Source of the DNA: Patescibacteria group bacterium
GTDB taxonomy: Bacteria > Patescibacteriota > Minisyncoccia > Phycocordibacterales > Phycocordibacteraceae
DNA length: 64,000 nt
Direction of reading: 5' to 3'
NCBI GenBank assembly: GCA_029260935.1
Contig: JAJDCJ010000016.1
Location: 19,648-83,647, forward strand
A model generated the notes under the pieces. That model was not told the DNA's origin, made no database searches, and saw nothing but the letters and a program-made list of their open reading frames with translations. Shown here piece after piece: positions 52,952 through 61,640 of the stretch; position 1 is the first letter of the stretch, and every line of letters starts with the position of its first letter. The translations under genes were made by a program, and so were the position numbers.

Positions 52952-52993
52952 CCTCCTTACCTACTATGATTAATCATAGTAGGTAAGGAGGGT
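52952..52993. promoter_or_regulatory. 42-nt perfect palindrome CCCTCCTTACCTACTATGATTAATCATAGTAGGTAAGGAGGG (operator-like; also a terminator for the trpR-like gene with downstream U-run)
   Basis: Between trpR-like stop (52995) and argS start (52923); core ACTATGA-TTAA-TCATAGT resembles E. coli trp operator ACTAG-TTAA-CTAGT. Confidence 0.5.
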
Positions 52994-52994
52994 A

Positions 52995-53411
52995 CTAATC
53001 AAGTCTTTTGTTAAGTTCACGACGCAGGGCTCTTGATGGACCAGAAACAGAGAGCCAGTCTTCCAGTACCTGAATAAATCGATCCCCTCTTTTGAAATGG
53101 GATGTATAGTTGCGCGCATAACGACAAATTTTTTGAAACTTATCTTCTTTTCTTTGTCTCCAAAGACGCGAAATTGTTTGCGCGGTCACTTTTAAACTAC
53201 GCTCTATTTCTTGAAAAGAATACCCCCGCTCAAGCATTACAACAATGGCGAGCCTTTTTGCTAACATCACTCGTTCAGAGTCTGTTAAAAGTTCAGTTGC
53301 AAGAATAGCAGCTTCTCGTTTGGTATGAGCTGCAGCTATAAACGAAAGTAGTTGATCAGATAAAACCGATTCTATTTTCGGATCAAGTTTCTTTTTGGAA
53401 ATATAAACCAT
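52995..53411 (-). CDS. TrpR/YerC-family DNA-binding protein
   Basis: LLTDSERVMLAKRLAIVVMLERGYSFQEIERSLKVTAQTISR matches TrpR-like HTH signature; 138 aa. Confidence 0.65.
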   Translation of the reverse strand: MVYISKKKLDPKIESVLSDQLLSFIAAAHTKREAAILATELLTDSERVMLAKRLAIVVMLERGYSFQEIERSLKVTAQTISRLWRQRKEDKFQKICRYARNYTSHFKRGDRFIQVLEDWLSVSGPSRALRRELNKRLD

Positions 53412-53412
53412 A

Positions 53413-53440
53413 CCCTACTATGATTAATCATAGTAGGGTA
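53413..53440. promoter_or_regulatory. 28-nt perfect palindrome ACCCTACTATGATTAATCATAGTAGGGT sharing the 22-nt core of 52952-52993
   Basis: Immediately upstream of the trpR-like start codon, overlapping the RBS region. Confidence 0.5.
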
Positions 53441-53496
53441 TCAAGATTGTTGATACTACCTTTGATCAATCTCTGTGGAAAACGAAAAGTTCCATA

Positions 53497-54741
53497 CTAT
53501 ACAAACGACTCAGGAATTGGGAAACGTAGCGCAAGCGCTTTTACTTCTTCTTTTACTCGCTTTTTTATATCTTCATTATCTTTATTCCTCAAAATCTCAA
53601 TCATCAACTCAGCTACGCGGGCGCATTCCTCCTCACCAAAGCCGCGCGTAGTGATAGCGGGAGTACCAAACCGGATACCCGACGGGTCCAAGGGCTTCCG
53701 AGGGTCGTCGGCAATCACGTTTTTATTTAAGGTAATACCCACCTCATCAAGCACGTTTTCCGCTTCTGCCCCGGTAATGCCGAGTGAGCCATATACGTCA
53801 GCCAGAATAAGGTGGTTACTCGTTCCCCCACCAAGCATACGGATGTCAGACTTCCGTAATACGGTTTCCATCGCTTTGGCATTTTTCAAAATCTGAGTTG
53901 CGTATGTTTGAAAACCTGGGTGGAGAGCTTCGCCAAACGCAACTGCCTTGGCGGCAATAACATTCATGTGTGGCCCTCCCTGAAGGCCGGGAAATACCGC
54001 TTTATCTATTTTCTTTGCCATTGTCTCGTCTTCACGAACCAATATCATCCCCCCACGCGGACCGCGCAGTGTTTTGTGCGTGGTAGTGGTCATAACATCA
54101 AAGCCCGCGTCAAACGGATTACGCACGGCTTTCCCTGCAATGAGCCCTGCAATGTGTGCAATATCAAATGCGGCAACCGCACCCACTTCGCGCGCAATGG
54201 AAACAAATGCGTCGTAATCAACCTCGCGAGAATATGCAGAATATCCCGCAAGCATCATTTTTGGCTGTTCCTTTTTTGCCACCTTACGCATTTCTTCATA
54301 GTCAATCTCTCCGGTTTCAGCATTTTTCATTTTGTAGCGCACGAAATTATAAATTTTTGCTGGCAGTGTCACCGGGTGCCCGTGTGTTAAGTGTCCGCCA
54401 TGCGAGAGGTCCATACCAAGCACGGTATCTCCCGGCTCTAAAAGCGCCGCGTAGAGTGCGAGATTCGCCGGCGCACCCGAAAGGGGTTGTACGTTTGCAT
54501 ACTTGCAATTAAAAAGTTCTTTTGCGCGCTTGCGAGCGAGGTTCTCAACGATGTCTGTGTATTCCTGTCCACCATAGTAGCGAGCCCCCGGGTATCCTTC
54601 GGAATATTTGTTTGTTAATACGCTTCCCAAAGCTTCGCGCACCGCGCGTGAGACATAATTTTCAGAAGGAATCAGCTCAAGCCCCTCTGCTTGCCGTTTC
54701 TCTTCTCCCGCTATGGCGTTATATACCTCACTGTCCTTCAT
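53497..54741 (-). CDS. glyA: serine hydroxymethyltransferase
   Basis: Full-length SHMT, PLP-lysine region TTTTHKTLRGPRGG. Confidence 0.92.
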   Translation of the reverse strand: MKDSEVYNAIAGEEKRQAEGLELIPSENYVSRAVREALGSVLTNKYSEGYPGARYYGGQEYTDIVENLARKRAKELFNCKYANVQPLSGAPANLALYAALLEPGDTVLGMDLSHGGHLTHGHPVTLPAKIYNFVRYKMKNAETGEIDYEEMRKVAKKEQPKMMLAGYSAYSREVDYDAFVSIAREVGAVAAFDIAHIAGLIAGKAVRNPFDAGFDVMTTTTHKTLRGPRGGMILVREDETMAKKIDKAVFPGLQGGPHMNVIAAKAVAFGEALHPGFQTYATQILKNAKAMETVLRKSDIRMLGGGTSNHLILADVYGSLGITGAEAENVLDEVGITLNKNVIADDPRKPLDPSGIRFGTPAITTRGFGEEECARVAELMIEILRNKDNEDIKKRVKEEVKALALRFPIPESFV

Positions 54742-55363
54742 GGTTTTCAGTATAATGTAAAACAGCTTCTTTTATAGCTTCGCGCACTTCGTTCTGTGCC
54801 TTGCCTGCATCAATGATAGTGTGGTTTCGTTTTTGTAAGTACGATTTTATACCCTCGCGGACTTTTTCATGAAAAGAAATATCCTGCTGGTCAAATACGT
54901 CAAGAGGGTCATGTGAAGAAACTTTGCGCTGTAGTCCAACGGCGGGGTCTACATCCAAAAAAACGGTAAGGTCAGGCTCTAAACCGTTCCGTGCGGTACG
55001 GTCAATTTCTAAAAAGAGTTTTTCATATTCAGCGCCGGCGCCGGCGATAATTTGATACGCATACGTTGATGAAGAAAACCGGTCACACACTACGTGCCGC
55101 CCCGCTTCAAGTGCGGGAATAATTTTTTTGCTCACGTGCTCATGGCGCGCGGCTTCAAAAAGCAGTATCTGTGTGAACGTGTTCAACTGTTCCTGCCTGT
55201 TTTTTAAAACAACCTCCCGTATTTCTTCGGCGTTTTCCACGCCGCCCGGCTCACGGGTAAATAGAAAATCATTTTTAGGAAGCTCGTCCTTGAGCCACGA
55301 GACAACGCTACTTTTCCCCGATCCTTCGCCACCTTCAAGAACAATGAATAACCCTCTTTTCAT
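54728..55363 (-). CDS. tmk: thymidylate (dTMP) kinase
   Basis: P-loop LEGGEGSGKSS, 211 aa. Confidence 0.9.
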   Translation of the reverse strand: MKRGLFIVLEGGEGSGKSSVVSWLKDELPKNDFLFTREPGGVENAEEIREVVLKNRQEQLNTFTQILLFEAARHEHVSKKIIPALEAGRHVVCDRFSSSTYAYQIIAGAGAEYEKLFLEIDRTARNGLEPDLTVFLDVDPAVGLQRKVSSHDPLDVFDQQDISFHEKVREGIKSYLQKRNHTIIDAGKAQNEVREAIKEAVLHYTENHEGQ

Positions 55364-55383
55364 ACTGCTACACTATACCGTAT

Positions 55384-56217
55384 ATGGAATCACAATATCT
55401 AAATTTACTTAAAAAGGTTGTCAGCGAAGGGTCAGACCGGATGGATAGAACAGGTGTGGGTACCCGAGCGTTATTTGCACAGAATATGCGCTTCAACATG
55501 AAAGACGGGTTTCCCGCAATAACCACTAAGAAATTGGCATTCAAAGCGGTGAAAAGTGAGCTGCTGTGGTTTTTAGAAGGAAGTAATGATGACAACCGGC
55601 TCAAAGAAATAAACGGAAGTGAAAAAACTATTTGGACTGCGAACGCGAACGCTGACTACTGGAAAGCAAAAGCAAAATTTGAAGGTGACCTCGGACGTGT
55701 CTATGGTGTGCAGTGGCGTACGTGGAAACGTCCTGACGGAAGTGAAGTTGATCAGTTGGGCGAAGTCATTGAAAAAATAAAAACAAACCCGTATGACCGC
55801 CGACTTATAGTGACTGCATGGAACCCGGGGGAGCTTGACCAGATGGCACTACCACCATGCCATATGTTTTTTCAGTTTTTTGTAGCCGACGGAACACTCT
55901 CGCTGTATATGCACCAGCGCTCGTGCGACATGTTCCTTGGTGTTCCATTTAACATTGCATCGTATTCACTGCTCCTGCACATGGTCGCACAAGTCACCAC
56001 CTTGAAGCCGGGAGAGTTTATTCACTCACTTGGGGATACTCATATTTATAATAACCACTTTGACCAAGTCCGCGAACAGCTGACGCGTAAACCACTCCCG
56101 CCACCGACGCTGTGGCTTAACCCTGAAATCACAGACATTGATTCGTTCACTATGGAGGATATAAAACTAGAAAACTACGAATCGCATCCTCCTATTAAAG
56201 CTGACATGGCAGTTTAG
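55384..56217 (+). CDS. thyA: thymidylate synthase ThyA
   Basis: ThyA hallmarks LPPCH, DRR..., 277 aa. Confidence 0.92.
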   Translation: MESQYLNLLKKVVSEGSDRMDRTGVGTRALFAQNMRFNMKDGFPAITTKKLAFKAVKSELLWFLEGSNDDNRLKEINGSEKTIWTANANADYWKAKAKFEGDLGRVYGVQWRTWKRPDGSEVDQLGEVIEKIKTNPYDRRLIVTAWNPGELDQMALPPCHMFFQFFVADGTLSLYMHQRSCDMFLGVPFNIASYSLLLHMVAQVTTLKPGEFIHSLGDTHIYNNHFDQVREQLTRKPLPPPTLWLNPEITDIDSFTMEDIKLENYESHPPIKADMAV

Positions 56218-56273
56218 AAAATCTTATGAGTGAGCGAATTAGATTTTGTTAACCCTGTTAAATCCCTGCAAGT

Positions 56274-56543
56274 ATGTTTCATTACATCTATATACTTCAG
56301 TCAAAAAAAGACGGAGGGTTTTATGTAGGGTATACAAGTAATTTGCAGGGACGATTTGAGGAACATGCCCGAGGCGGAGTGGCTTCTACCAAGGACCGCC
56401 GACCTTTTCGTATTATCTACTCAGAGGCATGTTTAGATAAAAAAGACAGTATGAAGCGCGAAAAGTATTTAAAAACCCACCATGGTAAAATGTTTTTACG
56501 AAATCGCCTCAAATCGTATTTAACAGGGTCTAAGATTTCCTAA
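56274..56543 (+). CDS. GIY-YIG nuclease-domain protein (UPF0213/YhbQ-like, 89 aa)
   Basis: YIYILQSKKDGGFYVGYTSNLQGRFEEH...REKYLKTHHG pattern of the stand-alone GIY-YIG family. Confidence 0.7.
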   Translation: MFHYIYILQSKKDGGFYVGYTSNLQGRFEEHARGGVASTKDRRPFRIIYSEACLDKKDSMKREKYLKTHHGKMFLRNRLKSYLTGSKIS

Positions 56544-56573
56544 ATTCATTATCATTCATTAAGTAAATCTAAG

Positions 56574-57260
56574 ATGGCACTTTCAGACAAAAAAATACTT
56601 GAATACAAAAAGAAAGGGTTGGTAGTTATTGAACCATTTATAAGAGAGAACCTCTCCACCTCAAGTTATGATGTGACTCTGGGCGAATGGTACTTTAGAG
56701 AACAAATACCAGAGCGCGGTCAAAATAATATTTTTAATCCGTTTAGTAAAAAACACACTGACCGTGTCTGGGGCACTAAACCAGCGCGTGCTGAAAAAGC
56801 AGAGAAAGCGCTGAAAAACTTTCACTTTGAATATGATGGTATACACAAAGATGACAACATTATTCTCCTTGAACCGGGAGAAACTATACTAGGGCATACG
56901 AATGAATTTATTGGAGGAAGGGATGCTGTAACCACTATGATGAAGGCCCGCTCATCTACTGGCCGCGTGTTTATTGAGGTATGTAAATGCGCTGGGTGGG
57001 GCGACGTTGGATATACAAATCGTTGGACAATGGAAATAACGAACAATTCACGTAACTATATTATTCCATTAGTGGTTGGAAGACGTATTGCGCAAATTGT
57101 TTTTTTTGAAACAGGAGAAATTTTAGATAAAGACTACACAAAAAAAGGAAAGTACCAAACTACTACCAACGTGAAAGAGTTAAAGAAAAACTGGGATCCT
57201 ACAATGATGTTACCAAAGCTCTACAACGACCGTGACATCAAAAAGAAAAAGAGGAAATGA
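56574..57260 (+). CDS. dcd: dCTP deaminase family protein (dcd/dut superfamily) with Lys-rich tail
   Basis: N-terminus MALSDKKILEYKKKGLVVIEPF typical of dCTP deaminase; 228 aa. Confidence 0.7.
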   Translation: MALSDKKILEYKKKGLVVIEPFIRENLSTSSYDVTLGEWYFREQIPERGQNNIFNPFSKKHTDRVWGTKPARAEKAEKALKNFHFEYDGIHKDDNIILLEPGETILGHTNEFIGGRDAVTTMMKARSSTGRVFIEVCKCAGWGDVGYTNRWTMEITNNSRNYIIPLVVGRRIAQIVFFETGEILDKDYTKKGKYQTTTNVKELKKNWDPTMMLPKLYNDRDIKKKKRK

Positions 57261-57742
57261 TTATTCTCATTGCCGCAATCGGTAGAAACAGAGAACTTGG
57301 TAAAAGTGGCAACTTGTTGTGGAAACTGCCAAGTGATTTAAAGCGTTTTAAAGAAACGACTCTCAACTCCCCTATTATTATGGGGAAGAAAACCTTTGAC
57401 TCCATTGGCCGTTTACTGCCTAAACGGGTAAACATCATTGTGACGCGAGACACCGATTTTCATCAAGAAGGCGCTGTAGTGACACACTCGGTTGAACAGG
57501 CACTGAGCGTTGCACATAATGTAGGAACTGAAAAAATATTCGTTATTGGCGGTGGTGAAATATTCAAACAGACACTACCCCTTGCAGACGAGCTTGATTT
57601 AACCCTGGTTGATGCTGAAGACAAAGATGCAGACGTATTTTTCCCAGAGTTTGAAAAAGATTTCAAAAAAGTTATGTGCGAAAACCCTGGAGAAGAAGAA
57701 AACACTCTTCGCTATCAGTGCTGTACTTTCTCACGAAAATAA
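57257..57742 (+). CDS. folA: dihydrofolate reductase
   Basis: MIILIAAIGRNRELGKSGNLLWKLPSDLKRFKETT; 4-nt overlap with dcd. Confidence 0.88.
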   Translation: MIILIAAIGRNRELGKSGNLLWKLPSDLKRFKETTLNSPIIMGKKTFDSIGRLLPKRVNIIVTRDTDFHQEGAVVTHSVEQALSVAHNVGTEKIFVIGGGEIFKQTLPLADELDLTLVDAEDKDADVFFPEFEKDFKKVMCENPGEEENTLRYQCCTFSRK

Positions 57743-57744
57743 AA

Positions 57745-57770
57745 ACAGCCCCGAAGGTGGGGCTGTTTTT
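57745..57770. terminator. rho-independent terminator AACAGCCCCGAAGGTGGGGCTGTTTTT after folA
   Basis: GC hairpin plus T-run directly after folA stop. Confidence 0.55.
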
Positions 57771-57775
57771 ATTAA

Positions 57776-57822
57776 AAATATCTCAAAAGGTCGATTGATG
57801 TTGCATTATTTCACATCAACTC
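57776..57822. repeat. 46-bp direct repeat copy 1 (AAAATATCTCAAAAGGTCGATTGATGTTGCATTATTTCACATCAA)
   Basis: Identical (1 mismatch at first base) to 58036-58082, which contains the rplK stop codon and 3' UTR. Confidence 0.7.
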
Positions 57823-58035
57823 ACACATACTTTTCTGCTGAAAAGTTGCGCGAGCCCGCCTCGGCCCGTCGGCCTCCGGCTCATCGACGTTACACTACTA
57901 TCAAGTGAGTGAGGAAAATGGAAAAATTGTATTTAGACATTTTCGAGCGAATGCGGAGAGAAAGCTCTGCTTACTTCACGTCGATTCCTTACAGGAACTG
58001 TACACCTTTTGGATGTTTTTTCGAACAAAGTTCTG

Positions 58036-58082
58036 AAAATATCTCAAAAGGTCGATTGATGTTGCATTATTTCACATCAATC
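58036..58082. repeat. 46-bp direct repeat copy 2, overlapping last 5 codons + 3' UTR of rplK
   Basis: See copy 1; 213 bp of ORF-less DNA between copies. Confidence 0.7.
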
Positions 58083-58489
58083 CCCATTGAGCGGGCGGTG
58101 CCTGCCATAATTTTCATAGCTTGATCAATATCGTCAGTGTTGAGGTCGGCCATTTTCATTTCAGATGCTTCCTTGAGTTGTGCCTTTGTAATAGAACCCG
58201 CTTTTACCAAAGGTACTTTACCTGAACCTTTTTCTTTGCCGAGAAGTTTTAGAAGAATACGCGACGCAGGTGGCTGTTTGAGAATAAAGCTAAATGTTCG
58301 GTCTTCATACACAGTAATCACTGCAGGGATGATATTACCGCGCATTTCTTGGGTTTGCGAATTGAACTGGCTGATAAAGTCGCCAATATTAATGCCAGCG
58401 GGGCCCAATACGGTGCCCAATGGAGGCGCTGGAGTTGCAGACCCTGCAGGTGCCTGAATCTTTATTACTTTTGTTACTTTCTTTGCCAT
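58067..58489 (-). CDS. rplK: 50S ribosomal protein L11
   Basis: MAKKVTKVIKIQAPAGSATPAPPLGTVLGPAGINI...; not followed by rplA. Confidence 0.92.
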   Translation of the reverse strand: MAKKVTKVIKIQAPAGSATPAPPLGTVLGPAGINIGDFISQFNSQTQEMRGNIIPAVITVYEDRTFSFILKQPPASRILLKLLGKEKGSGKVPLVKAGSITKAQLKEASEMKMADLNTDDIDQAMKIMAGTARSMGIDVK

Positions 58490-58564
58490 ATCGTTTGTTT
58501 TCGTTAGTGAGTATACATGAACTGGAAAAAACTTCCACTTATCTCTTTTTTATTATATACATTG

Positions 58565-59110
58565 CTAAATCTTACGTATCTGTAGGAAATCAAGCTCCAC
58601 TGGGGTTTCTCGTCCAAACATAGAAACCAGTACTTTAATTTTTCCTTTATCTTCATCAATATCACCAATGCGTCCTTCAAGGTCTTTAAATGGACCATCA
58701 GTTACAATAACTGGTTCACCTGGAGCAAAGTCAATCTTGTGTTTTGCAATATCAGTTGACATGCGCTTGAAAAGATTATCAAGCTCCTCTTGAGAAAGAG
58801 GAACGGGTGTAGTACCAGCGCCAACGAAACCAGTTACTCGGGGCGTGTTGCGCACCACAAACCAACTTTCATCGTCAACAAGCATGTCAACAAGAATGTA
58901 GCCCGGGTAAATTTTTTCATCCACTGTTTGCCGTTTTCCGCCAGTAACTTTAATTTTCTTTTCAGTAGGAATCACTACGTCAAAAATCTTTCCGTTCATA
59001 CCTAAAGAATCAATGCGCTGTTTAAGGTTACGCATCACTGCGTTTTCATATCCTGAGTATGTATGAATGGCGTACCATCCACGATCTCCTTCTGGTCCTT
59101 GCTTTGTCAT
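58565..59110 (-). CDS. nusG: transcription termination/antitermination factor NusG
   Basis: NGN domain WYAIHTYSGYENAV, KOW domain GEPVIVTDGPFKDLEGRIGDID. Confidence 0.9.
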   Translation of the reverse strand: MTKQGPEGDRGWYAIHTYSGYENAVMRNLKQRIDSLGMNGKIFDVVIPTEKKIKVTGGKRQTVDEKIYPGYILVDMLVDDESWFVVRNTPRVTGFVGAGTTPVPLSQEELDNLFKRMSTDIAKHKIDFAPGEPVIVTDGPFKDLEGRIGDIDEDKGKIKVLVSMFGRETPVELDFLQIRKI

Positions 59111-59132
59111 AATAGAGCTCTTGTATTACGCG

Positions 59133-59321
59133 CTAAAACCGATTAATAATTTCCTCAACGCCGAATGTAAAAATAAAATCAAACGCACCAAGAAGTGCGG
59201 CAACTAAAATAGAGATAACCACAACGAGCGCGGTGTAGCCAATTGCCTGTGGCGTGGCTGGCCACTTTATATGTGTGAACTCAGAGCGCACGTCGCTTAG
59301 ATACTGTAGGAGAGTTTTCAT
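59133..59321 (-). CDS. secE: preprotein translocase subunit SecE
   Basis: 62 aa; EFTHIKWPATPQAIGYTALVVVISILVAAL; secE-nusG-rplK order. Confidence 0.8.
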   Translation of the reverse strand: MKTLLQYLSDVRSEFTHIKWPATPQAIGYTALVVVISILVAALLGAFDFIFTFGVEEIINRF

Positions 59322-59404
59322 ATGTATGAGGTATTTAAAAAGGCCCTTTCCCCAGGCCTTTTTAAAAGGTACCTGAAATTTTGAGAAAAATCAAGTGCGT
59401 CTAT

Positions 59405-60181
59405 TTACCGGATTTCGTAAGTAATAGACACCGTCACATTGATTTCATTTTCACCTTTTGGCAACTCAATAGATTGAGTCTTTGCGCCAAACACTTCGCC
59501 TCCAACACTTTCTGCAAAGAACGGTCTATCGTTTGAATTTTCCCAGAAATTCACTACCCGACCCAAACTCACCCCGAGATCTTTTGAAAGTCTTTTTGCT
59601 TTGTCTTGTGCGATTTTAATTGCCTCGCCCCTGGCTTCTTCTTTAAGTGCATCAGGGTCGTCAATGGCAAAAGAGGGTCCGCTTACGTTGTAAACTCCTT
59701 TATCTCCCAATATGCTGAGTACTCCTCCTGTGCTGTCTATGTCGCGCACTTTTATTTCAAGTGACTGCGAAACAGTGAAGGCAATTATTTCCTGTTCAAA
59801 CTCTGGACATACCCCACCGAAACACGGCTGAGGTCTAGAATAGCGAGGGGAGACATTGTATGATGTTGTTTTGATGTCCTTCTCTTCTATATCAAAGTCT
59901 TCTCTAAGCGCCTCAAGGGTAGCATTTACTTTTTGAGCAACAGCGTCTTGCGCCGGCGCTGAAGTTTCTGACTCTTCGCGCACAGTAAAGCGCACCGTTG
60001 CTATGTCAGGCAATGCTACTGCTGACCCAACACCTTCAACGGTAATAGTGTTGCCGAGGGCAGGGCGTGCTTCAAATAAGTCGCGCAGTGAATCAATCGC
60101 CTGAATGCCCACGAGCACAGATGCGGCAAGTAAAAACAGGGCGGCTAATTTTTCAACGCGACTACTCTCTAAAAGCTTCAT
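59405..60181 (-). CDS. SIMPL-domain (DUF541) secreted protein
   Basis: Signal-like N-terminus, 258 aa; family assignment by pattern memory, moderate. Confidence 0.5.
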   Translation of the reverse strand: MKLLESSRVEKLAALFLLAASVLVGIQAIDSLRDLFEARPALGNTITVEGVGSAVALPDIATVRFTVREESETSAPAQDAVAQKVNATLEALREDFDIEEKDIKTTSYNVSPRYSRPQPCFGGVCPEFEQEIIAFTVSQSLEIKVRDIDSTGGVLSILGDKGVYNVSGPSFAIDDPDALKEEARGEAIKIAQDKAKRLSKDLGVSLGRVVNFWENSNDRPFFAESVGGEVFGAKTQSIELPKGENEINVTVSITYEIR

Positions 60182-60370
60182 ATAGTTTTTTGTAAAATTA
60201 TTTTTATAATTGCAGTAATGGTAACACTAAATACTGCATTACTCTTAGTGTAAAATGCCAAATCAATTGGCAAACCATACAGGAAAATCGCACTGGCGCT
60301 CCCATACACACACCTCTGTTGTGATACACTTCAACTGGACTAGAAATCCCCACCCGTTATACTTATATTT

Positions 60371-61147
60371 ATGGAGCTTGCTTTTGTATATGCAATTATC
60401 AGCACTCTGCTGGTAAGTTTTGTTTCCCTCATTGGTATTTTTACACTTTCTGTACAAGAAAAGTGGATCCGGCGTTTTATGCATGTTTTTATTGGACTCG
60501 CTGCCGGTGCCCTTTTAGGAGACGCTTTTATTCACCTCATCCCTGAAGTTTTTGAGTCAGGAATTAGTAGCGTGTCGTTTGCTACCTCAGCATTGCTCGG
60601 AATTATTGTATTTTTATTTGTTGAAAAATATCTCCACCTTCACCACGAAGAGACTGGGCACGAACACTGCGCGCCCGGAGAGCCGTGTGTCTCTCACGAA
60701 AAGAAACCTCTCGGCACACTTGTGTTGTTTGGTGACGGCATACATAACTTTGTTGACGGAGCTATTATTGCCGCCAGCTACTTAGTATCAGTCCCTCTTG
60801 GTATCGCCACCACTGTTGCTGTATTTTTGCACGAAGTACCACAGGAAATAAGCGACTTCGCACTATTGTTGCACTCTGGCTTTAGCCGAGCGAAAGCATT
60901 ATTTTGGAATTTTATGTCAGCGCTGGTTGCACTCGTTGGAGCTTTTTTGTTTTTTATTCTAGGAGACACATTCCAAAACATAGAACCCTTCATGATCTCA
61001 TTTACTGCCGGTGGTTTTATTTATATTGCAGCAGTGAATCTTATTCCTGAACTACAAAAAACAAGCGACGCGCGTAGGTCAACAATAGAATTTACCGCTG
61101 TCTTAGTGGGTATTGCGCTTATGTTCGCGCTTTTATTACTAGAATAG
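60371..61147 (+). CDS. ZIP-family divalent metal transporter (ZupT-like)
   Basis: HEVPQEISDFALLLHSGFS signature, His-rich loop HLHHEETGHEHCAPGEPCVSHEKK, 8 TMs. Confidence 0.8.
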   Translation: MELAFVYAIISTLLVSFVSLIGIFTLSVQEKWIRRFMHVFIGLAAGALLGDAFIHLIPEVFESGISSVSFATSALLGIIVFLFVEKYLHLHHEETGHEHCAPGEPCVSHEKKPLGTLVLFGDGIHNFVDGAIIAASYLVSVPLGIATTVAVFLHEVPQEISDFALLLHSGFSRAKALFWNFMSALVALVGAFLFFILGDTFQNIEPFMISFTAGGFIYIAAVNLIPELQKTSDARRSTIEFTAVLVGIALMFALLLLE

Positions 61148-61336
61148 CCCGAAGCTATCGCGCACCACGTCGTACGTTTTGAGTACCACGATTTTTATGT
61201 GCGCCACTCAGGCGCGGTGCAACACGCGCCGGTGGCATAGAATTATTTCTGTTGGTATGCGACGATGGTCTTTTTTTCATATACCTTATAGTATGACACA
61301 CGGAAATGCACCCTTAATATTTCTTACAAATATAGT

Positions 61337-61582
61337 TTATGTACGGGGGGTTTTGTGGAGTGTCTTTACGCCCTCAAAACCGTGTTCATGGCGGGTAAAA
61401 TACCAAAAAGTGTGCACTACAAACAAAATAATCTGAAGAATTAGTGCAAGACCCGCTGCTTTCCAGAATGATCCTGTAGTCACCCAAAAAAATAGGTTGG
61501 TAACAATGTAGGCGATGACTCGCCATTCAAGTGAAGCATATAATGAGTGGAGAATTTTATCCTTCATTTTCAAAACCATCAT
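61337..61582 (-). CDS. small two-TM membrane protein (DUF2061-like)
   Basis: 81 aa; hydrophobic helices; weak. Confidence 0.3.
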   Translation of the reverse strand: MMVLKMKDKILHSLYASLEWRVIAYIVTNLFFWVTTGSFWKAAGLALILQIILFVVHTFWYFTRHEHGFEGVKTLHKTPRT

Positions 61583-61640
61583 ACCATCCTGCTTTCAAAG
61601 AAAAGAGAACTTGTACACAAAAATCAGCGTGATTTCAGAA

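Noticed and set aside
57776-58082. Possibility that the 46-bp direct repeats are a CRISPR array
   Set aside because: Only two copies, spacer 213 bp (far longer than CRISPR spacers), one copy overlaps the rplK stop codon, and no cas genes nearby.
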